DNA of 37,646 nt, from sequence record SRR20825019_2074; one strand, 5' to 3'. Shown here piece by piece: positions 1-9,145 of this stretch (the stretch's first letter is position 1; every line of letters begins with the position of its first letter). Made by a program: the position numbers and the translations under genes. The notes beneath the pieces were generated by a model that did not search any database, was not told the origin of the DNA, and saw nothing but the letters and a program-made list of their open reading frames with translations.

Positions 1-79
1 TCCGGTTCCACTTTCTAGTAAGGTGTCCAAAATGCACACCTGCTTCCAGTAAGTCTTTTACTTCAATTTTACTTGCCAT
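1..79 (-). CDS. rpsB: 30S ribosomal protein S2, 5' end (runs off the window)
   Basis: Manual translation from ATG at 79-77 gives MASKIEVKDLLEAGVHFGHLTRKWN, the S2 signature LLEAGVHFGH; downstream of rplM-rpsI as in Bacteroidota. Confidence 0.96.
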   Translation of the reverse strand, partial: MASKIEVKDLLEAGVHFGHLTRKWNR

Positions 80-90
80 TTTTTGTACTT

Positions 91-167
91 AGTTTACGTT
101 CCGTTGTAAGTAGCAATGTGCAGGTGGTCACAAATTTTGTTCGCCCTGCCCATTTAGATGCTAAACC
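91..167 (-). promoter_or_regulatory. Structured rpsB 5' leader, candidate S2 autoregulatory RNA
   Basis: Nested complementary segments: GCAGG(120-124)/CCTGC(145-149), AATG(115-118)/CATT(151-154), TAGCA(111-115)/TGCTA(159-163), alternative GTTTA(92-96)/TAAAC(162-166). Confidence 0.5.
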
Positions 168-229
168 AGTTTCCAAAAAGTCGATAATTTTATCCCTTTT
201 GGAACAACGACAACTTTGGTTAAAAATTT

Positions 230-258
230 AACCCTGAAATTTGGATGTTTTCAGGGTT
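230..258 (-). terminator. Stem-loop after rpsI (terminator or processing hairpin)
   Basis: AACCCTGAAA(230-239)/TTTCAGGGTT(249-258) perfect 10-bp inverted repeat with A/T-rich flanks. Confidence 0.55.
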
Positions 259-304
259 TTCAATGAACTTATCTATAATTGAGTGTCGAAACACCCAATG
301 TATA

Positions 305-691
305 TTAACGTTTGGAGAATTGGAATTTCTTACGGGCTTTCTTCTGACCGAATTTCTTTCTTTCCACCATTCTTGGATCCCTTGTCAACAAACCTTCTGG
401 TTTAAGGATTCCCCTGTTTTCGATATCAATTTCGCACATTGCCCTGGACAAGGCCAAACGTACGGCTTCTGCTTGACCAGTGATACCGCCACCGTAAACA
501 TTTACTTTTACGTCGTAGTTTCCTTCGGTCTCGGTTAAAGTAAAAGGTTGTTTTACTTTATATTGCAATGTACCTGTGGTAAAATAATCGTTAAGATCTC
601 TTTTGTTTACTGTAATGTTTCCAGAACCTTCGGAAACGTAAACTCTGGCCACAGCTGTTTTTCTTCTGCCTATCTTATGAACCACTTCCAT
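305..691 (-). CDS. rpsI: 30S ribosomal protein S9
   Basis: [22 protein letters not shown] and C-terminal [25 protein letters not shown]. Confidence 0.99.
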   Translation of the reverse strand: MEVVHKIGRRKTAVARVYVSEGSGNITVNKRDLNDYFTTGTLQYKVKQPFTLTETEGNYDVKVNVYGGGITGQAEAVRLALSRAMCEIDIENRGILKPEGLLTRDPRMVERKKFGQKKARKKFQFSKR

Positions 692-1146
692 TATTTGTAG
701 TCGTTTAAGTTTATTGCTTTTGGTTTTTGCGCTTCTTGTCCGTGCTCTGCACCGGCATATACCTTAAGGTTTCTGAAAAGTTCAGCTCCAAGCTTGTTCT
801 TTGGAAGCATTCCTTTTACAGAGTTCTCAATGATGCGCTCAGGATGCTTTTCCAATACTTCCTTCGCAGAAGCGGAACGTTGTCCACCTGGATAACCTGT
901 GTATCTTTGATATTCCTTATCGTCCCACTTGTTTCCGGTCATGTCGATTTTCTCGGCATTGATGACAATTACATTGTCCCCACAATCAACATGAGGGGTA
1001 AAGTTGGTCTTATATTTCCCTCTAAGTATCTTGGCTACTTTAGACGCCAATCTTCCTAAGGTCTGTCCTTCAGCATCAACCAATAACCATTGCTTGTCAA
1101 CAGTAGATTTATTGGCGGAAATAGTTTTATAACTTAATGTATCCAC
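691..1146 (-). CDS. rplM: 50S ribosomal protein L13 (GTG start)
   Basis: [36 protein letters not shown] motifs; TAATG overlap with rpsI. Confidence 0.99.
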   Translation of the reverse strand: MDTLSYKTISANKSTVDKQWLLVDAEGQTLGRLASKVAKILRGKYKTNFTPHVDCGDNVIVINAEKIDMTGNKWDDKEYQRYTGYPGGQRSASAKEVLEKHPERIIENSVKGMLPKNKLGAELFRNLKVYAGAEHGQEAQKPKAINLNDYK

Positions 1147-1193
1147 TTCTCGAATATTATTGATTTAAATAACCTATCCCGATTAACGGGCTG

Positions 1194-1224
1194 CAAATGT
1201 ACAATTATTAGATTGAATTACAAA
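1194..1224 (-). promoter_or_regulatory. Bacteroidota housekeeping promoter of rplM-rpsI-rpsB
   Basis: Minus strand TTTG (1224-1221), 19-bp spacer, TACATTTG (1201-1194), matching the -33 TTTG / -7 TAnnTTTG consensus. Confidence 0.8.
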
Positions 1225-1392
1225 CGGTTGATTGGGAATATTTTTTCACTTTTTTCAAATTCAATATTAAAGCATAAAAATCGGCCAAAAGATAGATCGG
1301 TAAAATGTTAAAAAGAGTTAAAAATAGTTTGAACTGTAACTCTACACAATTTCCTAGGTCTTTATCGTGTCAATCAATCAAAAAACGAACAC

Positions 1393-4044
1393 GTGAGAAA
1401 CGCAGCTCTGGTTTTCCTGACCCTATTCCTCATTTTTTCCGCACAAGCACAAGATTCCACCGAAGTCATCATCAAAAAGAAGTATACTACCCAATCTTTG
1501 GGCGAGTATGTGGCGCCCACTATTAATGGTATATTGGAAGACGAGGCGTGGAACCTAGTTGAATGGGGCGGGGACTATGTTGAGTGGCAGCCCGATGAGA
1601 ATACACCTCCATCACATCAAACCCAATTCAAAATACTTTACGATAGCAAGAACTTATATATAGGTGTGCGGTGTTTTGATGACGAGCCTGATAAAATTGT
1701 GAAGCGTTTATCCCGAAGGGACGGATTTGATGGGGACTGGGTGGAGTTCAATATTGATAGCTATTTTGATAAACGTACCGCTTTCTCCTTTACCATTACG
1801 GCTGCAGGTGTGAAAGGAGATGAGTTTATATCAAACAATGGAAATAATTGGGACGAAAGTTGGAACCCTATTTGGTATGCCAAAACCAATGTTGATGATA
1901 AGGGATGGACGGCTGAGCTGCGCATCCCTTTGAGTCAGTTAAAATTTGGAAATGCAGAAGAGCAAGTTTGGGGACTCCAGTCCACACGTCGTTTTTTTAG
2001 AAGTGAGGAACGTTCGCTCTGGCAACGTAAACCTGTAGATCAGCCCGGTTGGGTGAGCGAGTTTGGAGAGCTGCATGGGTTAAAGAACATTGAACCTCAA
2101 AAGCAGTTGGAAATTCAGCCTTATACCGTCGCCAAAACCGAAACCTACGAAGCCGAGGAAGGAAATCCGTTCCGGGACGGTAGCGAGAGCAATATCACCG
2201 CTGGACTCGATGCTAAAATAGGAATCACCAATGACCTTACCTTGGATTTGACTGTAAACCCAGATTTTGGTCAGGTAGATGCAGACCCCTCCGCCATTGC
2301 GCTGGATGGTTTTCAGATATTTTTTCAAGAACGTCGTCCCTTTTTTGTGGAGAACAAGAATATTTTTGATTTTAGTGTCTCCCAATCCGAAGCGGGCAAC
2401 ACTTTTGGGTCGGACAATATTTTCTATTCCCGTAGGATAGGCAGAAGTCCGCAGGGATATCCAGACACCGCAGATGGCGAGTTCGTGGACCAACCCGACA
2501 ATACCCCGATCATTGGTGCAGCCAAGTTTAGTGGAAAAACCAAAGATGGATGGGCCATAGGCGTTCTCGAAAGTGTGACCGCCCAACGGACCGCTACTAT
2601 AATAAATGATGAAGGCGGGACTCGAAAAGAAATGGTAGAGCCCTTGACCAATTATTTTGTGGGAAGGTTGCAAAAGGATTTCAACGAGAGAAACTCCTAT
2701 ATCGGGGGCATTTTTACAGCGACCAACCGCGAACAAATCCCCGAACAGCTTAATTTTCTGCATGATGCCGCGTACACGGGCGGACTGGATTTTAAACATC
2801 AATGGGCCAATCGGGACTGGTATGTTGGTGGCAATATTACCATGAGCCATGTTCGAGGTAGTGAGGAAGCCATTACCAATACCCAACAATCCATTACGCA
2901 CTTGTTCAATAGGGTGGGCGCGGACCATGTTGCCGTGGATACCACAAGGACATCGCTTACGGGTACGGGAGGAAATGTGCAAATAGGTAAGATAGGCAAC
3001 GGACATTGGAAATTTGAATCCGGGGCCACATGGCGTTCCCCTGAACTGGAACTCAACGATATCGGGTTTCAGCGTCAGGCAGATGATGTGCGTCACTACA
3101 CTTGGATTGGATATCAAACCCTAAAACCGGATAGTACCTTTAGGCGTGTGGGCATCAATTATAACCACTGGACAGCATGGGATTTTCAGGGGAATCACAA
3201 TTATTTGCAGTTCAATACCAACAGTTGGCAAAACTGGAAAAACAACTACCAGACCAATATCGGGTTCAATTTTGCGCCGATTGAGTATTCCAACTTCGCA
3301 TTACGGGGCGGTCCTAGATTGCGACAGTCTCCGTGGGTGAGCTTTTGGAATAATATCAGCACGGATTATCGAAAAAAATTACGGTTTTCTTTTTATCATA
3401 ATGGGCGAAGAGCTTTGGACAACTCCATCAAGAACTATTATATGGAGGGAGGGTTTGCGTACCAACCGATAAATGCCTTGCGGGTTTCCGTATTCCCTTC
3501 TTTGGACATCAATCATGACAAACTTCAGTTCATTGATAATTTTGACGATATAAATGGTTCACCAAGATATCTGAATGGAAAAATAGATCAGCATACTTTG
3601 AGTATGTCCGTTCGGTTGAACTATACCATTAATCCCAACCTGACCATTCAGTATTGGGGGCAACCATTTATTTCCCGGGGACGCTATTCCAATTTTAAAC
3701 ATATTACCGACCCTGTCGCCAAGGTTTTCGAAGATAGATTTGTCCAATACACTTCGGAACAGACCAGTTTATCCGATGGCACTTATGCTATTGATGAGGA
3801 TTTGGACGGGGTAGCCGATTTTAGTTTTGATAACCCCGATTTTTCCTTTGTGCAGTTTCGTTCCAACTTGGTTATTCGATGGGAGTACATCCCGGGCTCG
3901 GAAATATTCTTGGTATGGTCGCAAGACGTTTCAAGAGATGGAAATCCTACAAATGGTTTGTTGTCCAGTTTGGGCGACAATATCTTCGGACAAAAACCAC
4001 AGAACATCTTCTTATTGAAGGCTACGTATCGGTTTGTATTGTAA
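1393..4044 (+). CDS. DUF5916-type outer-membrane protein with N-terminal CBM9-like sugar-binding domain
   Basis: Sec signal peptide; PxIxGxLxxxxW and WTAELRIP (CBM9-like); DLTVNPDFGQVDAD, ERRPFFVE, FYSRRIG typical of this family; beta-barrel-like terminal strand LLKATYRFVL. Confidence 0.8.
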   Translation: MRNAALVFLTLFLIFSAQAQDSTEVIIKKKYTTQSLGEYVAPTINGILEDEAWNLVEWGGDYVEWQPDENTPPSHQTQFKILYDSKNLYIGVRCFDDEPDKIVKRLSRRDGFDGDWVEFNIDSYFDKRTAFSFTITAAGVKGDEFISNNGNNWDESWNPIWYAKTNVDDKGWTAELRIPLSQLKFGNAEEQVWGLQSTRRFFRSEERSLWQRKPVDQPGWVSEFGELHGLKNIEPQKQLEIQPYTVAKTETYEAEEGNPFRDGSESNITAGLDAKIGITNDLTLDLTVNPDFGQVDADPSAIALDGFQIFFQERRPFFVENKNIFDFSVSQSEAGNTFGSDNIFYSRRIGRSPQGYPDTADGEFVDQPDNTPIIGAAKFSGKTKDGWAIGVLESVTAQRTATIINDEGGTRKEMVEPLTNYFVGRLQKDFNERNSYIGGIFTATNREQIPEQLNFLHDAAYTGGLDFKHQWANRDWYVGGNITMSHVRGSEEAITNTQQSITHLFNRVGADHVAVDTTRTSLTGTGGNVQIGKIGNGHWKFESGATWRSPELELNDIGFQRQADDVRHYTWIGYQTLKPDSTFRRVGINYNHWTAWDFQGNHNYLQFNTNSWQNWKNNYQTNIGFNFAPIEYSNFALRGGPRLRQSPWVSFWNNISTDYRKKLRFSFYHNGRRALDNSIKNYYMEGGFAYQPINALRVSVFPSLDINHDKLQFIDNFDDINGSPRYLNGKIDQHTLSMSVRLNYTINPNLTIQYWGQPFISRGRYSNFKHITDPVAKVFEDRFVQYTSEQTSLSDGTYAIDEDLDGVADFSFDNPDFSFVQFRSNLVIRWEYIPGSEIFLVWSQDVSRDGNPTNGLLSSLGDNIFGQKPQNIFLLKATYRFVL

Positions 4045-4046
4045 TT

Positions 4047-4071
4047 GTCACATCGAGCGCAGTCGAGATGT
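4047..4071. repeat. REP-like palindromic unit
   Basis: GTCACATCGAGCGCAGTCGAGATGT between convergent genes; shares the GAGCnnnGYCGA core with units at 6543-6598 and 7848-7870. Confidence 0.7.
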
Positions 4072-4089
4072 CTCATAAAGAAGTATCAA

Positions 4090-5190
4090 TTATACTTCAA
4101 TTATCTTTTTGAGTGCTGTCACCATAGCAGCATTCGCCTCTTTATTGCCTATGGTAATACGTACTTTTCCAGGGGCGCCAAATTGTGAAACAGGTCGTAC
4201 CATAATACCCTGTTCCATCATTTTATCGGTGAACTCCATTTCGGGGAATGGCGGATCAATGATAAAAAAGTTGGCTTGGCTCGGCCAATATTTGATGCCG
4301 AGTTCATCAAAGGCTTTGGCTACAAAAGTTCTGCCTTCCAAAACCGTTTTTACGGTTGCCTCGATGAATTCGGTGTCGTTCAAAGCCCCAATGGCAGCCT
4401 CGATTGAAGTCAATGGTAATAAAAAAGGTTTGTGTATCAAACGTACATAATTGGCAATGGTTGTCGTGGTATACCCATATCCGATGCGTTGCCCAGCCAA
4501 TCCGTAGGTTTTGGAAAAACTGTTGAGTCCAATCACATTGTGACCTTCCAATACATAGGGCAATGCGGTAACATAATCCTCAGCGTCCGCAAAATGGCGG
4601 TAGACTTCATCAAACACCACCACAATATTTTTGGGGACACGCGCCATAAAATCGTCCATTACGGATTTTGGAATGTAGGTTCCCGTAGGATTGTTGGGAC
4701 TGGTCAAAAAAATGATCTTGGTCTTCTCCGTGATGGCATTCAAAATACCTTCCACATCCAAATCGTAGTTGGGAGATAGTAAAGGAACATCTACCTGATT
4801 GGCACCATACCATCTCGAAAAAACGGAGTAGGGCAAAAAGCACGGGTTAGAAAATATCACTTCGTCCCCTTCGTTGATGAAAGCCCGTAGTAGTATATCA
4901 ATGACCTCAGAACCGCTATTTCCGCACAAAAATTGGTCTGCGCTCAACTGGCCATCAAAATCTTGGATCAAGGCTTCGCGTAAACGAATATCGGTCTGGT
5001 CGGGGTAGATATCGATATTGCCCAGTGCTGCTTTCATAGCAGCAACGGCCTTGGGCGATGCACCCAAAGGATTTTCGTTGGAGGATAGTTTATATATTTT
5101 TTTATCCGTCGGGGGAATGTTTTTTCCGCCTTTATAGACTTCTTTCGGCACCAAATGGGCCTTGAAAATGGATTTTATATTTTTTTTCAT
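4090..5190 (-). CDS. HisC-like PLP aminotransferase, probably an aromatic amino acid aminotransferase
   Basis: KLSSNENPLG, GNSGSEVI, SPNNPTG, DEVY, SFSKTYGLAGQRIGY (PLP lysine). Start placed at MKKNIKS (5190) to avoid overlap with the upstream ORF. Last gene of the homogentisate cluster. Confidence 0.85.
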   Translation of the reverse strand: MKKNIKSIFKAHLVPKEVYKGGKNIPPTDKKIYKLSSNENPLGASPKAVAAMKAALGNIDIYPDQTDIRLREALIQDFDGQLSADQFLCGNSGSEVIDILLRAFINEGDEVIFSNPCFLPYSVFSRWYGANQVDVPLLSPNYDLDVEGILNAITEKTKIIFLTSPNNPTGTYIPKSVMDDFMARVPKNIVVVFDEVYRHFADAEDYVTALPYVLEGHNVIGLNSFSKTYGLAGQRIGYGYTTTTIANYVRLIHKPFLLPLTSIEAAIGALNDTEFIEATVKTVLEGRTFVAKAFDELGIKYWPSQANFFIIDPPFPEMEFTDKMMEQGIMVRPVSQFGAPGKVRITIGNKEANAAMVTALKKIIEV

Positions 5191-5207
5191 CTTTTGGTTT
5201 TGGTCTT

Positions 5208-5588
5208 TTATTTCCACCATGACAAATTATTTCTAACAGAATAGGCAGTTGCTATGGCTAAACCAATTGTTGTTATGATATAGAGAAGACAAATTGTGCT
5301 ATGTGAACTTTTTTTAACGTGTTTACTTAAAATCTTTTGATACCTGCTAATAAAATATACATAGTTAATGATGATTAATGTTGTCAATACAATCGAGCTT
5401 CTATAATCTAAAAATTTAACGCTAATTCCTTTTATTTGAAATAAGTAAATATCTCTTAAGACAAGGAAATTAAGCCCTAATAAAACTGACATTACTAGAA
5501 TGGTTGATAGGAAGGGGATTTTGGATTTGTCTCCTTTTTTTGTTTTATCATAGTAGTGATATAAAAAGCCAAAAAAGTAATGATACAT
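5208..5588 (-). CDS. Small AT-rich membrane protein (about 3 TM helices)
   Basis: 126-aa ORF fills the gap on the operon strand; three hydrophobic stretches; visibly more AT-rich than its neighbours. Confidence 0.7.
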   Translation of the reverse strand: MYHYFFGFLYHYYDKTKKGDKSKIPFLSTILVMSVLLGLNFLVLRDIYLFQIKGISVKFLDYRSSIVLTTLIIINYVYFISRYQKILSKHVKKSSHSTICLLYIITTIGLAIATAYSVRNNLSWWK

Positions 5589-5611
5589 TTTCTTCTATTT
5601 AGCCAAAAAAA

Positions 5612-6481
5612 TCATAAACCCTCCGCAAACAACAAATACGCCATCGCCTTTTCCGTATCACCCTCTTCCAACAACTGTTTGGCCAAGGTATGCAATTCGG
5701 TTTTGGATTTATTTTGAACTCCATCAACCTCAATAACAGTTTTAATTGCTTCGGTAGTGGGCAATTGTTCCAAATTCCCCAATCGCCCTAAATTGTTTCC
5801 TGTGAGTATCTCGCTTTCACGAATCCCTTTCGGCAATGCATCTACCCCAATTCCATGAGTGCGGATGGGCTTTGGAATCTCAAACAAGGATTCTTTTATG
5901 GCTCGGATGTACCAGTTGCCTCCCATACGGCCCACCAAATCCAACTTTTCGGTGTCCAGAATATCATCGGTTAAGTACGCATCGTTGATGTGAATCATGT
6001 CCACTTGGGCAATGATCAAGTTTCCTGCTCCTGGGGTTTGGGCCAGTTCCACTACTTCCAAAACCGAACATTCAAAAGATACGGGTGCTTCGCCCACGCG
6101 TGGTGGTTTTACTTTTACGCTGGGAACTTCAGTAAAGCCCGCTTTTACAAATTCGTTGACCCCTTTGTCATAAGCAGTGCTCGAGAGCGACATCTGCTCC
6201 GCCATTTTGTGGTTCACCACATTGATGACCACTTCGGGCACTTCTACCACATTTTGATGCGTATGTTTTAAGGAATTGTCCCTGCCGCTTCGTGTTGGGG
6301 AAAACACCATCACGGGCGGATTGGAACTGAAGACGTTAAAAAAACTGTACGGGCTCAAATTTACTTTGCCCTCGGCATCCACGGTGCTTGCAAAGCAAAT
6401 CGGCCTTGGAGCCACCGCAGTGGATAGAATAGTGTAAAGTTCGGGTTGAGGTATGGTGGTTGGGTCTAAGGTTTTTATCAT
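5612..6481 (-). CDS. Flavin reductase-like (DIM6/NTAB, FMN split-barrel) protein
   Basis: VAPRPICFAST, NLSPYSFFN, EAPVSFEC, VGRMGGNWY motifs; C-terminal LTGNNLGRLGN extension. Confidence 0.88.
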   Translation of the reverse strand: MIKTLDPTTIPQPELYTILSTAVAPRPICFASTVDAEGKVNLSPYSFFNVFSSNPPVMVFSPTRSGRDNSLKHTHQNVVEVPEVVINVVNHKMAEQMSLSSTAYDKGVNEFVKAGFTEVPSVKVKPPRVGEAPVSFECSVLEVVELAQTPGAGNLIIAQVDMIHINDAYLTDDILDTEKLDLVGRMGGNWYIRAIKESLFEIPKPIRTHGIGVDALPKGIRESEILTGNNLGRLGNLEQLPTTEAIKTVIEVDGVQNKSKTELHTLAKQLLEEGDTEKAMAYLLFAEGL

Positions 6482-6542
6482 TTAGATTGATTTTGTTTTA
6501 TTGTTCCTGCGCCTCGGCAGTAATCGATATTGTTTTAAAGTG

Positions 6543-6598
6543 GGTGACTGAGCGGTGTCGAAGTCACCATTCAATAGTTTCGACTCCGCTCAGCTGCC
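6543..6598. repeat. Inverted pair of REP-like units
   Basis: GGTGACTGAGCGGTGTCGAAGTCACC (6543-6568) followed by TTCGACTCCGCTCAGCTGCC (6579-6598, reverse complement GGCAGCTGAGCGGAGTCGAA). Confidence 0.75.
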
Positions 6599-6602
6599 AA
6601 AA

Positions 6603-7823
6603 TTATTTAGCAGGCAACACTTTAGTGGTCACTTCGCCAAATCCGACTCTAATATCGTCTTTTTGTGCGTAACCTTTCATTGTTACCGTATCACCGTCTT
6701 CAATGAATTTGCGTTCGCTTCCATTTTTTAGTTTGACGGGTTTTGTACCGCCCCAGGACAATTCCAACATAGAACCAAAACTGTTTTCTTCCTTACCGGA
6801 AATGGTTCCGGAAGCCATCATATCCCCAATGTTGATGTTGCATCCATTTACCGTATGATGCGCCAATTGCTGGGCCATATTCCAGTACATATGTTTAAAG
6901 TTGCTCAGGCAAACGGTGGTTTCCTCACCTTTTTCTGGTTGGATGCGGACTTCTAAATTGATGTCATAATTTTTGTCGCCCTCAAATTGCAAATAAGGCA
7001 ATACTTCAGGCTCTTGTTTGGGCCCTGTTAGTTTGAAGGGTTCCAAAGCCTCTAAGGTCACTACCCACGGAGAAATCGATGAGGCAAAATTCTTGGCCAG
7101 AAACGGGCCAAGCGGTACATATTCCCATTTTTGGATATCCCTGGCCGACCAATCGTTGAACAATACCAGCCCGAAGATGTAATCCTCAGCATTTTTGGTA
7201 GAGATGGATTCGCCCAATGGCGTCTCTTTTCCGCAAATGAATCCCATTTCCAATTCAAAATCCAAACGTTGCGTAGGACCAAAAACGGGAGCCTCTGCAT
7301 CGTTGGGCTTTGTTTGACCTTTGGGACGATAAATGGGCTGTCCGCTCACGATAATGGAACTTGCCCTCCCGTGATAGCCGACTGGAATGTGCTTCCAATT
7401 GGGCAAGAGCGCATTTTCTGGGTCACGGAACATTTTCCCTACATTGGTGGCATGTTCCAAACTTGAATAAAAATCCGTGTAATCACCAATGGCAACGGGC
7501 ATATGCATCTGGGCTTCGGATTGCTTCACAAAGAGCTCTGGCTTTCCGGCCAAGACTGACTCGCGATCCTTTAACCAATACTGAATCTTTTTGCGTACCC
7601 GTGTCGTGATTTCCTTCCCAAGGGAAATAAAATCGTTCAAGGTATCTTTTTCCAGTAGCGCCGTGTTGAAATCGAACACGTCCAATTCGGCCACGGCGGC
7701 CAAATCCAAAATATGTTCGCCTACGGCAACCCCTACCCTTGGACTTCTATCCTTGGTGGAAAAAATCCCGAAGGGAATATTGTGAATCGAAAAATCTGAG
7801 TTTTCAGGTATATCTATGATCAT
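6603..7823 (-). CDS. fahA: Fumarylacetoacetase
   Basis: DFSIHNIPFG, GDYTDFYSSLEHATNVG, PVGYHGRASS, LDFELE, NDWSARDIQKWEYVPLGPF, ASGTISG. Confidence 0.97.
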   Translation of the reverse strand: MIIDIPENSDFSIHNIPFGIFSTKDRSPRVGVAVGEHILDLAAVAELDVFDFNTALLEKDTLNDFISLGKEITTRVRKKIQYWLKDRESVLAGKPELFVKQSEAQMHMPVAIGDYTDFYSSLEHATNVGKMFRDPENALLPNWKHIPVGYHGRASSIIVSGQPIYRPKGQTKPNDAEAPVFGPTQRLDFELEMGFICGKETPLGESISTKNAEDYIFGLVLFNDWSARDIQKWEYVPLGPFLAKNFASSISPWVVTLEALEPFKLTGPKQEPEVLPYLQFEGDKNYDINLEVRIQPEKGEETTVCLSNFKHMYWNMAQQLAHHTVNGCNINIGDMMASGTISGKEENSFGSMLELSWGGTKPVKLKNGSERKFIEDGDTVTMKGYAQKDDIRVGFGEVTTKVLPAK

Positions 7824-7847
7824 TGAATGGTATGTGTAATTCCTGCA

Positions 7848-7961
7848 CTTCGGCTTTGCTCAGCATTAACTCTGGCAGTACTCTGTTTTTTTGTCATTTC
7901 GAAAGGATGTGAGAAATCTGAATTTTAGATTTCTCCATCGCTTGGCTCATTTCGAAATGAC
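7848..7961. repeat. REP-like cluster: single unit plus long nested hairpin
   Basis: CTTCGGCTTTGCTCAGCA (reverse complement TGCTGAGCAAAGCCGAAG); GTCATTTCGAA(7893-7903)/TTCGAAATGAC(7951-7961) enclosing GAGAAATCT(7911-7919)/AGATTTCTC(7927-7935). Confidence 0.7.
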
Positions 7962-7978
7962 CCTCAATTCAATCAAAT

Positions 7979-9136
7979 TTACTCCAACCACGATTTATAA
8001 TACTTTCCATCATCAATTTTGAGGGCGTTCTCCGTAACCTGCAAGGGTTTGAAGGTATCGATCATCACGGCCAACTCCTCTGTGCCCTTTTTGCCTATAC
8101 TCGCCTCGTACGTGCCAGGGTGTGGCCCGTGCGGAATCCCTGCTGGATGCAACGATATATAACCCGGCCCTATCCCTGTCCGGCTCATAAAATCCCCATC
8201 CACGTAGTACAATACTTCGTCCGAATCTATATTGGAATGGTTGTACGGCGCTGGAATAGATTTTGGGTGGTAATCATACAGCCTGGGGCAGAATGAACAT
8301 ATCACAAAAGCACCGGTCTCAAATGTTTGATGTACAGGTGGCGGTTGGTGCACGCGTCCCGTAATCGGTTCAAAATTATGGATGGAAAACCCGTAAGGGA
8401 AGTTGTAACCGTCCCAGCCTACTACATCAAAAGGATGTGTGGCATAAACGAGTTGATGCAACATGCCTTGCTTTTTGATTTTCATTAGAAACTCTCCTTT
8501 TTCATCAAAAGTTTCCAAGTCCTGAGGCAATTTGTAATCGCGCTCACAGAAAGGGGAGTGCTCCAAAAGTTGTCCGAACCAGTTCCGATACCGTTTTGGG
8601 GTATAAATTGGATGGAAGGACTCAGCGTATAAAATGCGGTTGTCCTCTGTATCAAACTCTATTTGATAGATCATCCCACGTGGAATGATGAGGTAATCCC
8701 CATACTCAAACGGAATATTGCCCAAAAAGGTTTTTAAGGTCCCCGCTCCTTTGTGGATAAAGAGCATCTCATCCGCATCGGCATTTTTATAAAAATAATC
8801 CGTCAGCGATTTTTTTGGAGCGGCCAAACCTACATGCACGTCGTTGTTCACCAAAAGGGGTTCGCGCGATTCCAAGAAATCATCTTTGGGAGCTACATCA
8901 AAACCGATGAACTTACGGCTAGTAATGTTCTTTTCCACCGCAATCTTTGGGCTCACGTCCAAGGCTTTTCCTATTTCCTTGACCTGCGTAGGCCGATGTA
9001 CGTGATAGGAAAGCGAGGACATTCCATCAAATCCGATGGTACCGAAAAGCTGCTCGTAATAGAGTCCTCCACCAGGTTTTTCGAATTGGGTATGACGCTT
9101 GGGCGGAATTTTCCCGAGTTTATGATAAATAGGCAT
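7979..9136 (-). CDS. hmgA: Homogentisate 1,2-dioxygenase
   Basis: Start at MPIYHKLG; NADADE, HPFDVVGWDG, HQPPPVH, PYNHSNIDSDEVLYY, HPAGIPHGPHPG (iron-binding region). The upstream in-frame extension is repeat sequence. Confidence 0.95.
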   Translation of the reverse strand: MPIYHKLGKIPPKRHTQFEKPGGGLYYEQLFGTIGFDGMSSLSYHVHRPTQVKEIGKALDVSPKIAVEKNITSRKFIGFDVAPKDDFLESREPLLVNNDVHVGLAAPKKSLTDYFYKNADADEMLFIHKGAGTLKTFLGNIPFEYGDYLIIPRGMIYQIEFDTEDNRILYAESFHPIYTPKRYRNWFGQLLEHSPFCERDYKLPQDLETFDEKGEFLMKIKKQGMLHQLVYATHPFDVVGWDGYNFPYGFSIHNFEPITGRVHQPPPVHQTFETGAFVICSFCPRLYDYHPKSIPAPYNHSNIDSDEVLYYVDGDFMSRTGIGPGYISLHPAGIPHGPHPGTYEASIGKKGTEELAVMIDTFKPLQVTENALKIDDGKYYKSWLE

Positions 9137-9145
9137 TTTTTTATC

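Noticed and set aside
1-10. rpsB reads W-N-R where S2 usually has W-N/D-P
   Set aside because: It lies in the last bases of the window, so an edge artefact cannot be told from a real change.
2080-3117. 345-aa antisense ORF inside the DUF5916 gene
   Set aside because: Shadow frame of a real gene with no recognisable motifs; the same applies to the antisense ORFs in polA, fahA, hmgA, DUF2723 and the adhesin.
4047-7961. Palindromic repeats as a possible CRISPR array
   Set aside because: Units are dispersed, divergent and not separated by regular spacers; no cas genes.
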